A DNA stretch of 64,000 bases from an uncultured Chloroflexia bacterium (GCA_963765765.1 CAVXYC010000010.1:64001-128000), one strand, 5' to 3'; shown: positions 39,930-50,607, counted from the first letter of the stretch. A program made the numbers and translations. The notes: generated by a model from the sequence alone, not told the origin.

Positions 39930-40937
39930 CTACCGTGACGGTTTCGTCCATGGATCAAGGGCGTCGCGGAGTCCATCGCCGAGGAAGTTGTATGCCAGCA
40001 CGGTCAGTGATAGCGCCGCGGCCGGAAACACGATGAGATGGGGTGACGCACGAAGCGCCTTGTAGCCTTCGAGCAGCATCACGCCCCAGCTGGTCATCGG
40101 CGCTTGAACTCCCAGGCCGATAAATGAAAGCGACGCCTCCACGATGATCGCCCTTGGAATTCCGAATGTCGCGGCAACGACGATCACTCCGACGGTATTG
40201 GGTATCAGGTGTCGCATGAGAATGGATCGTGGGCTCGCGCCGCTCGCGCGAGCGGCGTGAATGAACTCTCGTTCGCGAAGCGCCAGAACCTGGCCCCGAA
40301 CCAGGCGGGCGACGGTGAGCCATGAGACCAATGCCAGCGCTACGAAGACTCCCAGAAGCCCCCCAAACGCACTGTCGACGCTGGCGAGTACGCCCATGAG
40401 GCCACTCGCGCGTGGATCGCGAAACGCGGCTCGCATAGAGGCCATGACGATGATCACTATCAGCAGGTCCGGAAAGCTGTACATCACGTCGATTGTGCGC
40501 ATGAGCGCCTGATCGACCCGTCCGCCGAAATAGCCAGCGATGGCCCCAATGGGCACGCCAATGATCAAAATGATCAGCTGCGTCACTATGCCGACACTCA
40601 GTGAGATGCGAGCACCCTGCAGGAGCCGGCTGAACAGGTCACGCCCAAGCTGATCCGTGCCCATCCAGTGCTCCGAGCTCGGTGGCTCATACGCCCTCGT
40701 GGAGTCTTGAAGAGTAAATGGAATGGGCGCCACCCAATCTGCGAAGAAGGCGGAGAGGCCCACAAGCACGATAAAGGCGAGTCCCAGCATGGCCATGCGG
40801 TGATCTTTGAGCCGCAGCCAGGTATCTTGCCAGGGAGAACGAACCTGGTGGGTTAGTGGCAGGCTCCCGTCCACGACCAATACCGAGGTCTCGTCCTGAA
40901 CAGGAAACGTCGCTTCCAGGGGCTTAGGATGCGCCAC
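39930..40937 (-). CDS. Oligopeptide-type ABC permease (OppC/DppC)
   Basis: HWMGTDQLGRD, EFIHAARASGAS, EASLSFIGLG, GDGLRDALDP. Confidence 0.93.
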   Translation of the reverse strand: MAHPKPLEATFPVQDETSVLVVDGSLPLTHQVRSPWQDTWLRLKDHRMAMLGLAFIVLVGLSAFFADWVAPIPFTLQDSTRAYEPPSSEHWMGTDQLGRDLFSRLLQGARISLSVGIVTQLIILIIGVPIGAIAGYFGGRVDQALMRTIDVMYSFPDLLIVIIVMASMRAAFRDPRASGLMGVLASVDSAFGGLLGVFVALALVSWLTVARLVRGQVLALREREFIHAARASGASPRSILMRHLIPNTVGVIVVAATFGIPRAIIVEASLSFIGLGVQAPMTSWGVMLLEGYKALRASPHLIVFPAAALSLTVLAYNFLGDGLRDALDPWTKPSR

Positions 40938-41857
40938 TAGTTGTATCGAATCCTGGGATCAATTGCGGCGTAGACGAGATCCACGATGAGATTAGCAATC
41001 GCAACAATGCCGGCCAGTAGGAGGGTCACGCCCATCAGCACTGGATAATCGCGATCCGTCACACTCGTCACGAAGTAGCGACCAAGGCCCGGTACTGCAA
41101 AGACCGTCTCGACATAAAAGGAGCCGACAATGATCTCGGCCGTGATAACGCCCCCGATAGTCACTACTGGAATGAGCGCGTTTCGGAGAGCGTGGCGAAT
41201 CACGATGATTGATTCACGGAGTCCCTTGGCCCGCGCAGTTCGGACATAGTCTGCGTGCGTCACGTCCAGCAGCGCCGACCGAGTGTAGCGCGCGAAGAGT
41301 GCCAATGGCGCGAGGCTGAGCGTGAGTGCCGGTAGGACGTAATGCCGCCAGGTGTCCGCACCGCTCGTCGGTAGCCACCCCAGCCACAGTGCACAGGTCC
41401 AAATCAGGAGCGGTCCGACGATGAAAGACGGGATGGAATAGCCCACGATGGCGAGGAATGAAGCCAGGTGATCCAGCGCCGTGTTGGGACGTAGTGCGGA
41501 CACGATCCCTAGCGGAATACCAATCACTACGGCCAGCCCAACCGCGGCAATGCCGAGCGTTGCGGATGTCGGGAAGAAGTCGCCAATGATGTCAGTGACG
41601 GTCCTCGAGACGCGCTTGTAGGACGGACCGAAGTCGAGTCGTGTCACCACGCCCACGAGGTAGTCGACGTATTGCTGCCAGATCGGACGATCCAACCCGT
41701 ACTTCCGATTGAGGTTCTCCACCACCTCGCGCGGCACCGGCCGCTCGCGGTCCCACGGCCCACCGGGTGTGAGCTGGAAGAGAATGAACGTCAGCGTGTA
41801 GACCGCGAGCAGGACGGGGAAGACCGCTAACACTCTCCGCACCGCGTAGTGGCTCAT
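40937..41857 (-). CDS. Oligopeptide-type ABC permease (OppB/DppB)
   Basis: DFGPSY, DYVRTARAKGL, RDYPV, IDPRI. Confidence 0.93.
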   Translation of the reverse strand: MSHYAVRRVLAVFPVLLAVYTLTFILFQLTPGGPWDRERPVPREVVENLNRKYGLDRPIWQQYVDYLVGVVTRLDFGPSYKRVSRTVTDIIGDFFPTSATLGIAAVGLAVVIGIPLGIVSALRPNTALDHLASFLAIVGYSIPSFIVGPLLIWTCALWLGWLPTSGADTWRHYVLPALTLSLAPLALFARYTRSALLDVTHADYVRTARAKGLRESIIVIRHALRNALIPVVTIGGVITAEIIVGSFYVETVFAVPGLGRYFVTSVTDRDYPVLMGVTLLLAGIVAIANLIVDLVYAAIDPRIRYN

Positions 41858-41890
41858 AAGCGCGCGCCCCGGGCCGGAATAAAAGGACGG

Positions 41891-43576
41891 TCAGTTGATA
41901 GCAATGGCCCTGAGCGGAACGAGCCCGAGTACACGCGCAGGTGCGAAGCCTGTGACATACGGCTTCACCAATGTCCGCCCTCCATAGTGGAAGACGGGTA
42001 TCGATGGATATCCTCTGGCCAGGACCTCTTCCGCCTGACTGTAGAGCTGCTCTCGTTTCGCTCGATCAAGCTCGCTCTGGGCTTGCTTGACCAGCTGGTC
42101 GTATTCCGGATCCACCCATCCCGTGTTGAACATCCCAGGGTCCTCATGACTGTCCCAGAGCACGTTGTACCAATTGTTCGGATCCTCGTAGTCCGAGAAC
42201 CAGCCACCGCGGAACGTATGACCAACCGATTTCCACTCGTCCCCACGACGCCACTTCAGGAATGTGGCGAACTCCATGTTGTCCAACTTGACGTTGATGC
42301 CGAGCGTGTCTTTCCAGCGCTGCTGGAGGTGTTCTCCTAGAAGTCGCCAGTCCTCGTTAGTGTTGTAGGTGAAAGTCAGATCCGGAAACCCCCGACCTTC
42401 GGGGTATCCAGCGTCCGCGAGAAGCTGCTTGGCGCGCGCCACATCCTCTTTCTGCCAGATGTCGGGCTTTCTCCCCACGATGCCTTCTGGCTGGAGAGAA
42501 TAGGCCGGTGTGCCGGACCGTCGAAGCACCTGGTTAAGGAGCAGATTCCGGTCAAGTGCGGCTCCCAGCGCCATTCTGACGCGCGGGTCGTTGAGATGGG
42601 GCAAGCGATTGTTTACGGTGATAAACATCGTCCCGGACTCCGCATACTCTTTGAGCTCGGCCTTGAGTCTCTGATCGTTTTGAATTCGGCTGACCTGGGA
42701 GGCCGGAATCTGAAATGATGTGGTGCCCAGAGAGTCAACCTCGCCAGCTTCGTACGCAGCCAGGGCCTGCTCAGAACCGCCTTCTGGGAAGATCCGATAG
42801 ATGGCGCGCTGGAGCGCTGGCTTGGGCCCCCAGTAATTGTCATTGCGTTCGAGCGTAAGCTGCGCATCCTGCTTCCATTCCTTCAAGAGAAACGGGCCGT
42901 TAGTAACGATCTTGTCCGCGTCGACCCACTTGTCACCGTGCTGGGCGATGACGTCCTCTCGAAGTGGGAAAAGCGTCCAGGTACTCGCCAGACGTAGGAA
43001 GTAAGCGGCCGGCTCTTCGAGCGTCACGATCAAGGTGCGATCGTCGGTTGCCTTCACGCCGAGCTCGGATGGCTCCATGCCGTCCGTATTGATTTGGACG
43101 GCGTTCTTTACCGGGTACAGCGTGGTTGCGTAATCGGAGGCTGTCTTCGGATCGATGTTGCGCTTCCAGGCGAACTCGTAATCTTTGGCGGTCACTGGCT
43201 GTCCGTCGGACCACGTTGGCCCCTGGCGTAGCGTAAACGTGTATGTTGCCTGGTCCGGCGAGATCTCCCAGCGCTCGGCGTGTACTCCCGAGATTGTGCC
43301 CTTATCGTCGAAGGTGACGAGTCCCTCAAAAATGTTGTTCACGACGTCAATGGAGATTGCGTCAGTTATCAGTCCCGGGTCCAGGGCGGGCGGATTTGTT
43401 GATGCGACACGGAAGAGCTGTTCACGCGGCTGAGCTGTTTGAGCGGGTTTCGCCGCCTCAACTGGTTTGACGGCTTCAGTGGGCTTAGCCGCCGGTCGAG
43501 GAGAAGGAGGAGCGCACGCTGACAAAGCAACAATGCTGGACATCATGGTCAACCCAACGATACGTAGCACGAGCAT
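41891..43576 (-). CDS. Peptide ABC substrate-binding lipoprotein (OppA)
   Basis: Lipobox LSAC, FEGLV, WSDGQPVTAKD, VTNGPF, GWFSDYEDP. Confidence 0.93.
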   Translation of the reverse strand: MLVLRIVGLTMMSSIVALSACAPPSPRPAAKPTEAVKPVEAAKPAQTAQPREQLFRVASTNPPALDPGLITDAISIDVVNNIFEGLVTFDDKGTISGVHAERWEISPDQATYTFTLRQGPTWSDGQPVTAKDYEFAWKRNIDPKTASDYATTLYPVKNAVQINTDGMEPSELGVKATDDRTLIVTLEEPAAYFLRLASTWTLFPLREDVIAQHGDKWVDADKIVTNGPFLLKEWKQDAQLTLERNDNYWGPKPALQRAIYRIFPEGGSEQALAAYEAGEVDSLGTTSFQIPASQVSRIQNDQRLKAELKEYAESGTMFITVNNRLPHLNDPRVRMALGAALDRNLLLNQVLRRSGTPAYSLQPEGIVGRKPDIWQKEDVARAKQLLADAGYPEGRGFPDLTFTYNTNEDWRLLGEHLQQRWKDTLGINVKLDNMEFATFLKWRRGDEWKSVGHTFRGGWFSDYEDPNNWYNVLWDSHEDPGMFNTGWVDPEYDQLVKQAQSELDRAKREQLYSQAEEVLARGYPSIPVFHYGGRTLVKPYVTGFAPARVLGLVPLRAIAIN

Positions 43577-43709
43577 GGCAGTTCCCTCTGGCAGGAATTG
43601 GTCGCATGTTATAGCCGGTGACCGGCCGCTGTCTTTAGGTCATCGTACCAACAGTCCGTATTGGCAGCGCCTGTCACAATAGCGTCAAGGTTGATTGGTG
43701 TGAGAAACG

Positions 43710-44225
43710 TTAGCCGGCCTCTTGTTCGGTCTTCCGTTTTCGGCTTGGCCGCTCGCTCGGTGAATCCACTCGCTGAATGGCACTGTGGTCCTCGATTCGG
43801 TCGATATAGAGCACGCCTTCTAGGTGGTCGATCTCGTGCTGGAGTGCCTGGGCGAGTAAGCCCTCACCCTTGATGCGGATTTCTTTGCCGTGTCGGTCGC
43901 GTGCCTTCACCACGGCCGTCTCGCCGCGATTGATCTTCGCCCAGTAGCCCGGAACGGAAAGGCATCCCTCGTCCTTTTCGACCGGCTCTCCAATGCGGAC
44001 GATCTCCGGGTTGATCAAAATAGTGACCACCTCTTCGACTTCAATGACCGCCAGACGCAGCGGAACACCGACTTGCGTTGCCGCCAATCCCACGCCGGGT
44101 GCGGCTCGCATAGTCTCAATCATATCGTCGATCAACGTCTGGATAGACTTGTCGATCTTGCTCACTCGTCGAGTTTTCTGGCGAAGGACAGGATTACCGA
44201 CGACGAGGATTGGACGAACCGCCAC
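43710..44225 (-). CDS. def: Peptide deformylase
   Basis: GVGLAATQVG, EGCLSVP, QHEIDHLEG. Confidence 0.97.
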   Translation of the reverse strand: MAVRPILVVGNPVLRQKTRRVSKIDKSIQTLIDDMIETMRAAPGVGLAATQVGVPLRLAVIEVEEVVTILINPEIVRIGEPVEKDEGCLSVPGYWAKINRGETAVVKARDRHGKEIRIKGEGLLAQALQHEIDHLEGVLYIDRIEDHSAIQRVDSPSERPSRKRKTEQEAG

Positions 44226-44241
44226 GTGCGCTCCAGGTCAG

Positions 44242-45639
44242 CTAGGGGTGAGACTCGATCATAGACATTTTCTTCCAGGCTCGACATGCCTCGAGCCACC
44301 TCGGGACAAGGCGCGGCTGACTGGCGAAGTGGACATGCACGTATGAGGCCACCACAGAGCCGGTGGCGAAACCGTCGTTCCGGATACCACTACTTGTCTC
44401 GACTCGATAGACCGGATCCAGCTCCGGCGTCTGATTCACGACCCGTGACCAGTGGAATTCATGTCCGCGGGCGGTACAGCCTCTGTTCAGAACGGGCGAA
44501 TCCCGGAGTGCCGTTATTTCGGCATAGCCAAGGGCCGCTCGCCGCGATTCCATGTGTGCACTGAAGTCGAGTGCCCCCACAAGATCATGCTCCTGACCAT
44601 CCAGATCCGTGAGTCGACGTCCCAGGTAGAGCATCCCACCGCATTCAGCGTAGACGGGCATGCCCGCTTCAATCGCGAGGCGTATCGAGATCTTCATCGG
44701 CTCATTCAATGATAGGGTTCGGGCGTGAAGTTCCGGGTATCCGCCGCCCAGGTAAATTCCAGACAGACCCGACGGCAAGCTGTGGTCCGACAACGGACTG
44801 AATTCCACAATCTCAGCTCCGTGTCGTTCGAGGAGCTCCAGGTTCGTAGCGTAGTAGAAGGTGAAGGCGGCGTCACGCGCGACGCCGATCTTTACGGACT
44901 TTGACTTTTGTTCCCTAGCTCGGTCTCGGGTTCTAAGGACGGGTGTGGCCGCGCGCGCAATCGCCAGGAGCTCACCGATGTCGACCGAGGCTTCGACGAT
45001 GTCGGCGGCGTTCTCAATGGTGGACTCCGCATCCGCCACATCACCGGCTTGCACCAGTCCAAGGTGCCTGCTGGGAATTGTCGCGGCCACGTTGCGATTG
45101 ATCGTGCCGATGACTCGAGTTGCCGAATGGCTCTCGATTGCCTGCCGCACCCAGTCGGAGTGACGCTCGCTCGCGAGACTGTTGGCTATGACACCGACTA
45201 GACGGACGTGGCGATCAAATCGTCGGTAGCCTTCAACGAGGGCGGCGATGCTTCGAGATGCCCGGCTGGCGTCTACGACTAGCACCACCGGCGCGCGGAG
45301 AACCCGGGCGAGTTGTGCGGTACTACCATCGTCGCTCACGGGGCCGCGACCGTCGAAGAGTCCCATCATCCCTTCAATAATTGCGATGTCCGCCGAGCTC
45401 GCACTGTTTGTAAAGATCTCAAGCAGCGCGCCCCGGGCAAGCATCCAGGTGTCGAGATTGTGGCAAGCCCGCCCGGACGCCTGTGCCAGGAATGACGGGT
45501 CAATGAAGTCCGGACCGGCTTTGAACGTCGCGATTCGCAGTCCTCGGCGTTTCAAGGCGCGCGCAATTCCGGCGGCAATAACGGTTTTGCCGACGCCACT
45601 GGTCGCACCTGCGATCACAACCCGTGGGATGTCAAGCAT
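44242..45639 (-). CDS. cobB: Cobyrinate a,c-diamide synthase (CbiA/CobB)
   Basis: SGVGKT, FKAGPDFIDP, IEGMMGLFDG, SRHLGL, GGGYPEL, AECGG, HEFHWS. Confidence 0.93.
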   Translation of the reverse strand: MLDIPRVVIAGATSGVGKTVIAAGIARALKRRGLRIATFKAGPDFIDPSFLAQASGRACHNLDTWMLARGALLEIFTNSASSADIAIIEGMMGLFDGRGPVSDDGSTAQLARVLRAPVVLVVDASRASRSIAALVEGYRRFDRHVRLVGVIANSLASERHSDWVRQAIESHSATRVIGTINRNVAATIPSRHLGLVQAGDVADAESTIENAADIVEASVDIGELLAIARAATPVLRTRDRAREQKSKSVKIGVARDAAFTFYYATNLELLERHGAEIVEFSPLSDHSLPSGLSGIYLGGGYPELHARTLSLNEPMKISIRLAIEAGMPVYAECGGMLYLGRRLTDLDGQEHDLVGALDFSAHMESRRAALGYAEITALRDSPVLNRGCTARGHEFHWSRVVNQTPELDPVYRVETSSGIRNDGFATGSVVASYVHVHFASQPRLVPRWLEACRAWKKMSMIESHP

Positions 45640-46820
45640 GGCTGACTGATAGAAGCGCGAGATACTGTGCATCGATCTCGGCATGAAGCTCGGCCAGGGA
45701 GGCGCGTCCAGATGTCAGCGCGGCGACGCACGCGCCGCCGGCGCCAACGCCTTCTTTGACCAGAAGCCTCTCGTACGCCCGAAGCGGCTCGCAGCGCATC
45801 TCCGAAAAGTCCAATTGAGGCACCGTGGCCGACCAACCGCCACAATCATTCAGTATTCCGCCAAGGTCGGATTGCGGATCACGAGCTACCCAGGGTGTCG
45901 TCCCGAGGAGCACATTTGACCGCGGCAGATTCACGACCAGTCTCTTGCCCCAACTGGCAGGTGGCAGCCAGAATGGCAGCCATTTGCGTTCCGCCGGCCA
46001 GAAGGACCGGAACGTTCGGAGCCGCGGAGACCAGCATCCCCATGACAAACGGCTGCATGGGGTCGCCAACCGCATCCAGTATCTCGAACACATCTGAGGT
46101 TCGCCCGAGATGAGCTCGCTCGAGCGCGCGGTCCACCACCGATTCCTTGAGGCTCAACAGATCGCCCGATGAGCTGGAGCTGACGCGATGTGGCGAACCG
46201 AGCGATCTGAGCACTGCCATGGCAGTCGTTGTTCCGCCGGGGACCGTTTCCGCAATCACGACCGCACCCCATCTGCGAGCAAGTGCTTCGCCGAACGCGT
46301 GACCTGTCGCGTAAAGCATCCGCGAATCGGTGAGGCCTTGCTCCATATCGATTCGTCCGCCTGGGCCGTGCTGGATTTCCATAGTCGTAATTGCTGGCTC
46401 GACACGTAGGCCAATCGTGACCGGGAGCCAGGGGATGCGGCCCAACGCTAGAGCCGCACGGGCAATCAGGGCTGGACCTGGTGGACCAAGTGGGTTGCTT
46501 GGAACCGTGGTCAATGACACCGGTCGGCCGTGCAGCAGCGATTCCAAATCCGCGGCCGGCGTCCACGGGATAAGCTCGAGGGATGCTCCTGCCGATGAGA
46601 TTGTCGGAATTGATGATGTGTCCGTGTGAGCTGCGACGCAGACGAAAACCAGATCTGCGCTTCGCATCCGTTCGAAGAACCGCGGCTGCATCGCAGAGGC
46701 GGTGACTGATGTGATTCCCACCCGCTCGGGAGTCGGTCCGACTCGGGCGGTGCTCAACGGCGTGGGTGGAGGATAAGTGAAGCTGGCGATGTCAGCCGAA
46801 CTGACCAGCTCGGTCTTCAT
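45632..46820 (-). CDS. cobT: Nicotinate-nucleotide:DMB phosphoribosyltransferase, archaeal/cyanobacterial type; frameshift ~45910
   Basis: ISSAGAS..WTPAADLE, PPGPALI, AETVPGGTTTA, GDPMQ, LAGGTQM, GTTPWV, LRAYE..VKEGVGAGG. Confidence 0.85.
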
Positions 46821-47467
46821 GTCAAACTACCGAATGCCAGCAACACCAGCAGTGCGACGTGCCCCGCGACGGTGGGCGCGACAGGAAAACCGTGGCGACA
46901 ATATCCGGAAAGATACCTGGCAACGATGATGGCCACCGCAATGGAGCCGAGCAGAGATGAAATTGACATAAGGCTTATCATCCAAATCGTGCCCGCTACC
47001 GCTGCGAGCGCGATTCCCGCGACACATCGTTGGAGTATCGGATGTCGCCCGACGAGCGACTCGGCTACATATCCGATGAGCACCGCTTGGACGAGACTCA
47101 GGGCGAGGATATGGGGTGCGAGGGTACCGCTGAGGATCGCGGCGAGCTCGATGAGCAGGCTTAGGCCGATAGCGCAGACCCCGAAAGAGCCGACGAATCG
47201 ATCGTCCAGAATGCGCGCGCGCGTTTCGCGATCCGTGGGGGCACCGATCGCGTCAGCAACGTATCCGAGGGTGATAAGCCCCGGCCAGGATCCGCAAACC
47301 AAGCTCAAGAACTCGAGTGAACGGTCTGACCGCATGATCCAGAGGATATCGCGTGAGAGAGTGAGCGCAATGAGGAGCAGGGTGCCTACAACTAGTGGCG
47401 CAAGATCCTGCAACCGGGGTCTCAGTGGCTTCTCACGCGAGGGTTTGGCCAATGCTGCTTCATACAT
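46817..47467 (-). CDS. Divergent CobS-like membrane protein (second copy)
   Basis: Multi-TM; VADAIG...RARILDDRFVGSFGV matches the CobS RLEIM[RK]DSRxGxxG segment; lies between cobS and cobT with an ATGA overlap. Confidence 0.6.
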   Translation of the reverse strand: MYEAALAKPSREKPLRPRLQDLAPLVVGTLLLIALTLSRDILWIMRSDRSLEFLSLVCGSWPGLITLGYVADAIGAPTDRETRARILDDRFVGSFGVCAIGLSLLIELAAILSGTLAPHILALSLVQAVLIGYVAESLVGRHPILQRCVAGIALAAVAGTIWMISLMSISSLLGSIAVAIIVARYLSGYCRHGFPVAPTVAGHVALLVLLAFGSLT

Positions 47468-47489
47468 ACATGAATTGAGATATCGCGAG

Positions 47490-48222
47490 CTAAGAGCTGA
47501 ACGCCTGAGAAAGGCTCGCGGCACCAAGGAGGAAGCTTACCTCTGTGACCACGGCCAGTGCTCCGTAATGATCCCCACCGAGGCCGTTGCTGCGCCATCG
47601 AAGGAGCAAACCTGTCACGACGACGGCGATCGACCCGATGATCAGGGGCAGCGGCGAGGCCAGCGTAACAAGGAGGATGCAGACGGCCGCCACGACTGTC
47701 ATGACTGCCGTTGGCGTCCGGGCGGTACGGAAGAGCTCGAGCGTGGCTGGCCCGGCCTGCCTGCCGGGCTTGAAGGTCTGGTAGCCGGCGATGATGGCCG
47801 TGCGTCCGAGCATCGGAGCGCATAGGAGCCACTGTGTCCGATGCGGATCGTGAATCTGGTAGAGCGCGAGCCAGCTGAGCGCCAGAGCGATCATGCCGAT
47901 GGCGACGCCCTCAGATGAATGCACACTCGCGTAGATCGCAGAGGTTGTCTCTGCTCGAGGCGCCGCCAGACCGTCTGCCGTATCCATCAGTGCATCGAAG
48001 TGAAGGGCGCCCGTGATGCAGACGCCGACTAACACTACTAGAGCGTTCCGCATTTCCCATTGCATCGGCGAGAGTGCGAGATCTGCCAGCGCCCCGATGA
48101 CGCCAATGATGAGACCGGCGAATGGGAAACCAGGCGGCGTGAATGCGCTCCAGGTCCGAGCTTGCATCACCGGGGATCGGTATGCGGCTCAGGAAGCGGA
48201 GCGTTGCAAGCGCTGATCTCAC
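47490..48222 (-). CDS. cobS: Adenosylcobinamide-GDP ribazoletransferase; frameshift ~48125
   Basis: LRFLSRIPIP..AAWFP / FAGLIIG, ITGALHFDALMDTADG, GLGGDHYGA...E. Confidence 0.85.
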
Positions 48223-49703
48223 GACGGCGCAATGCCGACGAGCGCATCAATCGCCCGGATGTCTGCATGCTGCTCCACAATATCCGCCAGGCGGTCCAAC
48301 TCTTGGTCTACCAGTGAATCGTAGTTGCGTCCGCTGCTCTCTAGCTGAAGAAATCCACTGATGGCTTCAAGCACACTGGCATTGTCCAGAATCCCGTGGA
48401 GATATGTCCCAACGACTCGACCGGAGTCGTTTACAGCGCCGTCCGTACGGCCATCGATGCCCTCGCCCATGCTTAGGAGCGGGGACTCGTCATGCTCGGT
48501 GATCCCGTCGTGGATCTCGTACCCGCGTACGGACGAACCGTGAATCGAACCGAGCGGGCCAAGTTTGGAGATGATCGTTCCAGTCGATTGGCGCGTGATC
48601 TTTTCAGTCGAAAAGGCGGTGCGTGCATTGACTAGACCCAATCCAGGCGTCATCCCGACTGGTCCTTCCAGCCCCGAGGGGTCGATTAGCTCAGTTCCCA
48701 GCATTTGAAAGCCGCCACAGATTCCAAGAATGAGCACGTCCCGTGCGGCCGCGGCGCGAATCGCAGCGGCCAGACCGGAGGACCACAGGAACTCGAGATC
48801 AGCCCGCGTGGATTTGGAGCCAGGGATGACGACCATCGATGGAGCTCCGAAATCGTTCACATTGTCGATCCAGCGCACTGACGCGCCGATCCCCGCCAGC
48901 GGATCCAGATCATCGAAATTTGAGACGTGCGGCAGACGAATGGCGACGATGTCCACCAACCGTTTCTCAGGACCCGAGCCATCGAGGTTTGCGCTGTCCT
49001 CCGATGGGAGGCGAAGGCTCATGACGTGCGGAATGACGCCAAGCACGGCGACGCCGGTACGGTCAAGAAGGAAGTCGAGTGCTGGTTCTAAGAGCGTCAC
49101 GTCGCCCCGAAAACGGTTGACCAGCAGTCCACGCACTAGCGCGCGATCCTCGGGCTTCAATAGCTCCATCGTCCCGACCAGTGCCGCTAATGCGCCGCCT
49201 CGATCGATGTCCGCCACGAGCAGTACGGGGGCGTCAGCATAGTGCGCGACCCGCATGTTGACGATGTCCCACTGACGAAGGTTCACCTCGGCGGGGCTTC
49301 CGGCTCCTTCAATGACGATGATGTCGTAGTGTTTCCTGAGCAGGTCCAATGACCTTGTCACAACCGGCCAGAGCTCCTCACGTGATGTGAAATAGTCACG
49401 ACCCGAGCGGCTACCTTTCGGCTTCCCTAGGACGACGATCTGACTCTTACCGCCGAACTCTGGTTTCAGCAGAATCGGGTTCATGTCCACGGTTGGCGGG
49501 ATTCCCGCAGCGCGCGCTTGCAGCGCCTGAGCCCGCCCAATTTCTCCGCCGTCCGTCACCGCCGCGTTGTTGGACATGTTCTGCGCTTTGAATGGCGCTA
49601 CGCGAAATCCACGGCGCGCATAGAGTCGGCACATCGCCGCGGTGAGCACACTCTTGCCCACCGACGACGCGACGCCCTGGATCATAAGCGTGCGCGCGTT
49701 CAC
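48219..49703 (-). CDS. cobQ: Cobyric acid synthase
   Basis: MIQGVASSVGKS, PFKAQNMSNN, EGAGSPAEVNL, DIDRGG, GICGGFQMLG, GTYLHG; GTG start overlaps the cbiB stop. Confidence 0.95.
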   Translation of the reverse strand: MNARTLMIQGVASSVGKSVLTAAMCRLYARRGFRVAPFKAQNMSNNAAVTDGGEIGRAQALQARAAGIPPTVDMNPILLKPEFGGKSQIVVLGKPKGSRSGRDYFTSREELWPVVTRSLDLLRKHYDIIVIEGAGSPAEVNLRQWDIVNMRVAHYADAPVLLVADIDRGGALAALVGTMELLKPEDRALVRGLLVNRFRGDVTLLEPALDFLLDRTGVAVLGVIPHVMSLRLPSEDSANLDGSGPEKRLVDIVAIRLPHVSNFDDLDPLAGIGASVRWIDNVNDFGAPSMVVIPGSKSTRADLEFLWSSGLAAAIRAAAARDVLILGICGGFQMLGTELIDPSGLEGPVGMTPGLGLVNARTAFSTEKITRQSTGTIISKLGPLGSIHGSSVRGYEIHDGITEHDESPLLSMGEGIDGRTDGAVNDSGRVVGTYLHGILDNASVLEAISGFLQLESSGRNYDSLVDQELDRLADIVEQHADIRAIDALVGIAPS

Positions 49704-50602
49704 CTGGAACGCCCGCTCAGCAAGCACAACGGTCCGAGAGTTAATGCGACAGCGCGGCGCATCAGTCGAATAGCTCGAAGAATGTCGTCCGCGGTGGGCT
49801 GGGGCGATTCCGATGCCAACACGTAGTGGCCGGGTTTGCTCAGACGTCGATTGAGCGCGCCGGCCATTGCTGACATTGGCCATCCCGCGTTCGGACTCTC
49901 TGTTCGTCCGTGGTCCTTCATCATCGTCCTGAGCGACCGCAGGTCTCCACTTGAGATGCACACGGCAAATCCGGTCAAGCGTGCCGGAATGAGATTCACA
50001 AGGTCATCCAACCGAGCGGGAACTCTCCCCAGGAGCTCATAGCGGCCATGGTAGCCGACCATTGCATCAGCCGTGTTGATCGCGCGGTAGGCGGCCGCTC
50101 CGGCAGGTCCGGCGATACTCCACCAAAACAGCGGGGCAATGACGCTATCAGATGCATTCTCGGCCACTGACTCGATCGCCGCCGCCGCTAGCTCGGACGA
50201 GGAAAGCGCTTCCGTGGGGCGGGAGACGAGCGATCGAACGCTCGTGCGAGCCTTATCGATAGAGCCTGAGCGCACATCATTGGCGACGATCTGCGCGGCG
50301 CGTTCTAGACCGCGAAGGCTGAAGGTCCATGAGACCGCTAATCCACGCAGAAATATCCGAGCGCGCCAATCGAGCCGAGCGATCAGTCCATCGATCAAGC
50401 GCGAGGCGATAGCTGCAATGAGCGCTGGGACGAGAACAATGATCGTCCCGTACGGAAGCTGCAGGTCCGCACGCTTGGGTGAGCGTCGAGTAAGCCAGGC
50501 AACTGTTGCGCCCAGCCAGCCCACCGGATGCCAGTTGGTCGGGGGCTCGCCGAGCCGATCGATGGCCAGCGCCGCGAGCAGGACCAGGACGGACTCGAGG
50601 AT
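49700..50602 (-). CDS. cbiB: Adenosylcobinamide-phosphate synthase (CbiB/CobD); no canonical start in frame (ATC at 50602)
   Basis: LAALAIDRLGEPPTNWHPVGWLG, LVSRPT, IESVAENASDSVIAPLF, AINTADAMVGY, SPNAGWP. Confidence 0.9.
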   Translation of the reverse strand: MLESVLVLLAALAIDRLGEPPTNWHPVGWLGATVAWLTRRSPKRADLQLPYGTIIVLVPALIAAIASRLIDGLIARLDWRARIFLRGLAVSWTFSLRGLERAAQIVANDVRSGSIDKARTSVRSLVSRPTEALSSSELAAAAIESVAENASDSVIAPLFWWSIAGPAGAAAYRAINTADAMVGYHGRYELLGRVPARLDDLVNLIPARLTGFAVCISSGDLRSLRTMMKDHGRTESPNAGWPMSAMAGALNRRLSKPGHYVLASESPQPTADDILRAIRLMRRAVALTLGPLCLLSGRSR

Positions 50603-50607
50603 ACGCG

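Noticed and set aside
49704-49961. N-terminal extension of CobQ (580-aa ORF)
   Set aside because: It overlaps cbiB in another frame; the GTGA overlap at 49700-49703 gives the normal start.
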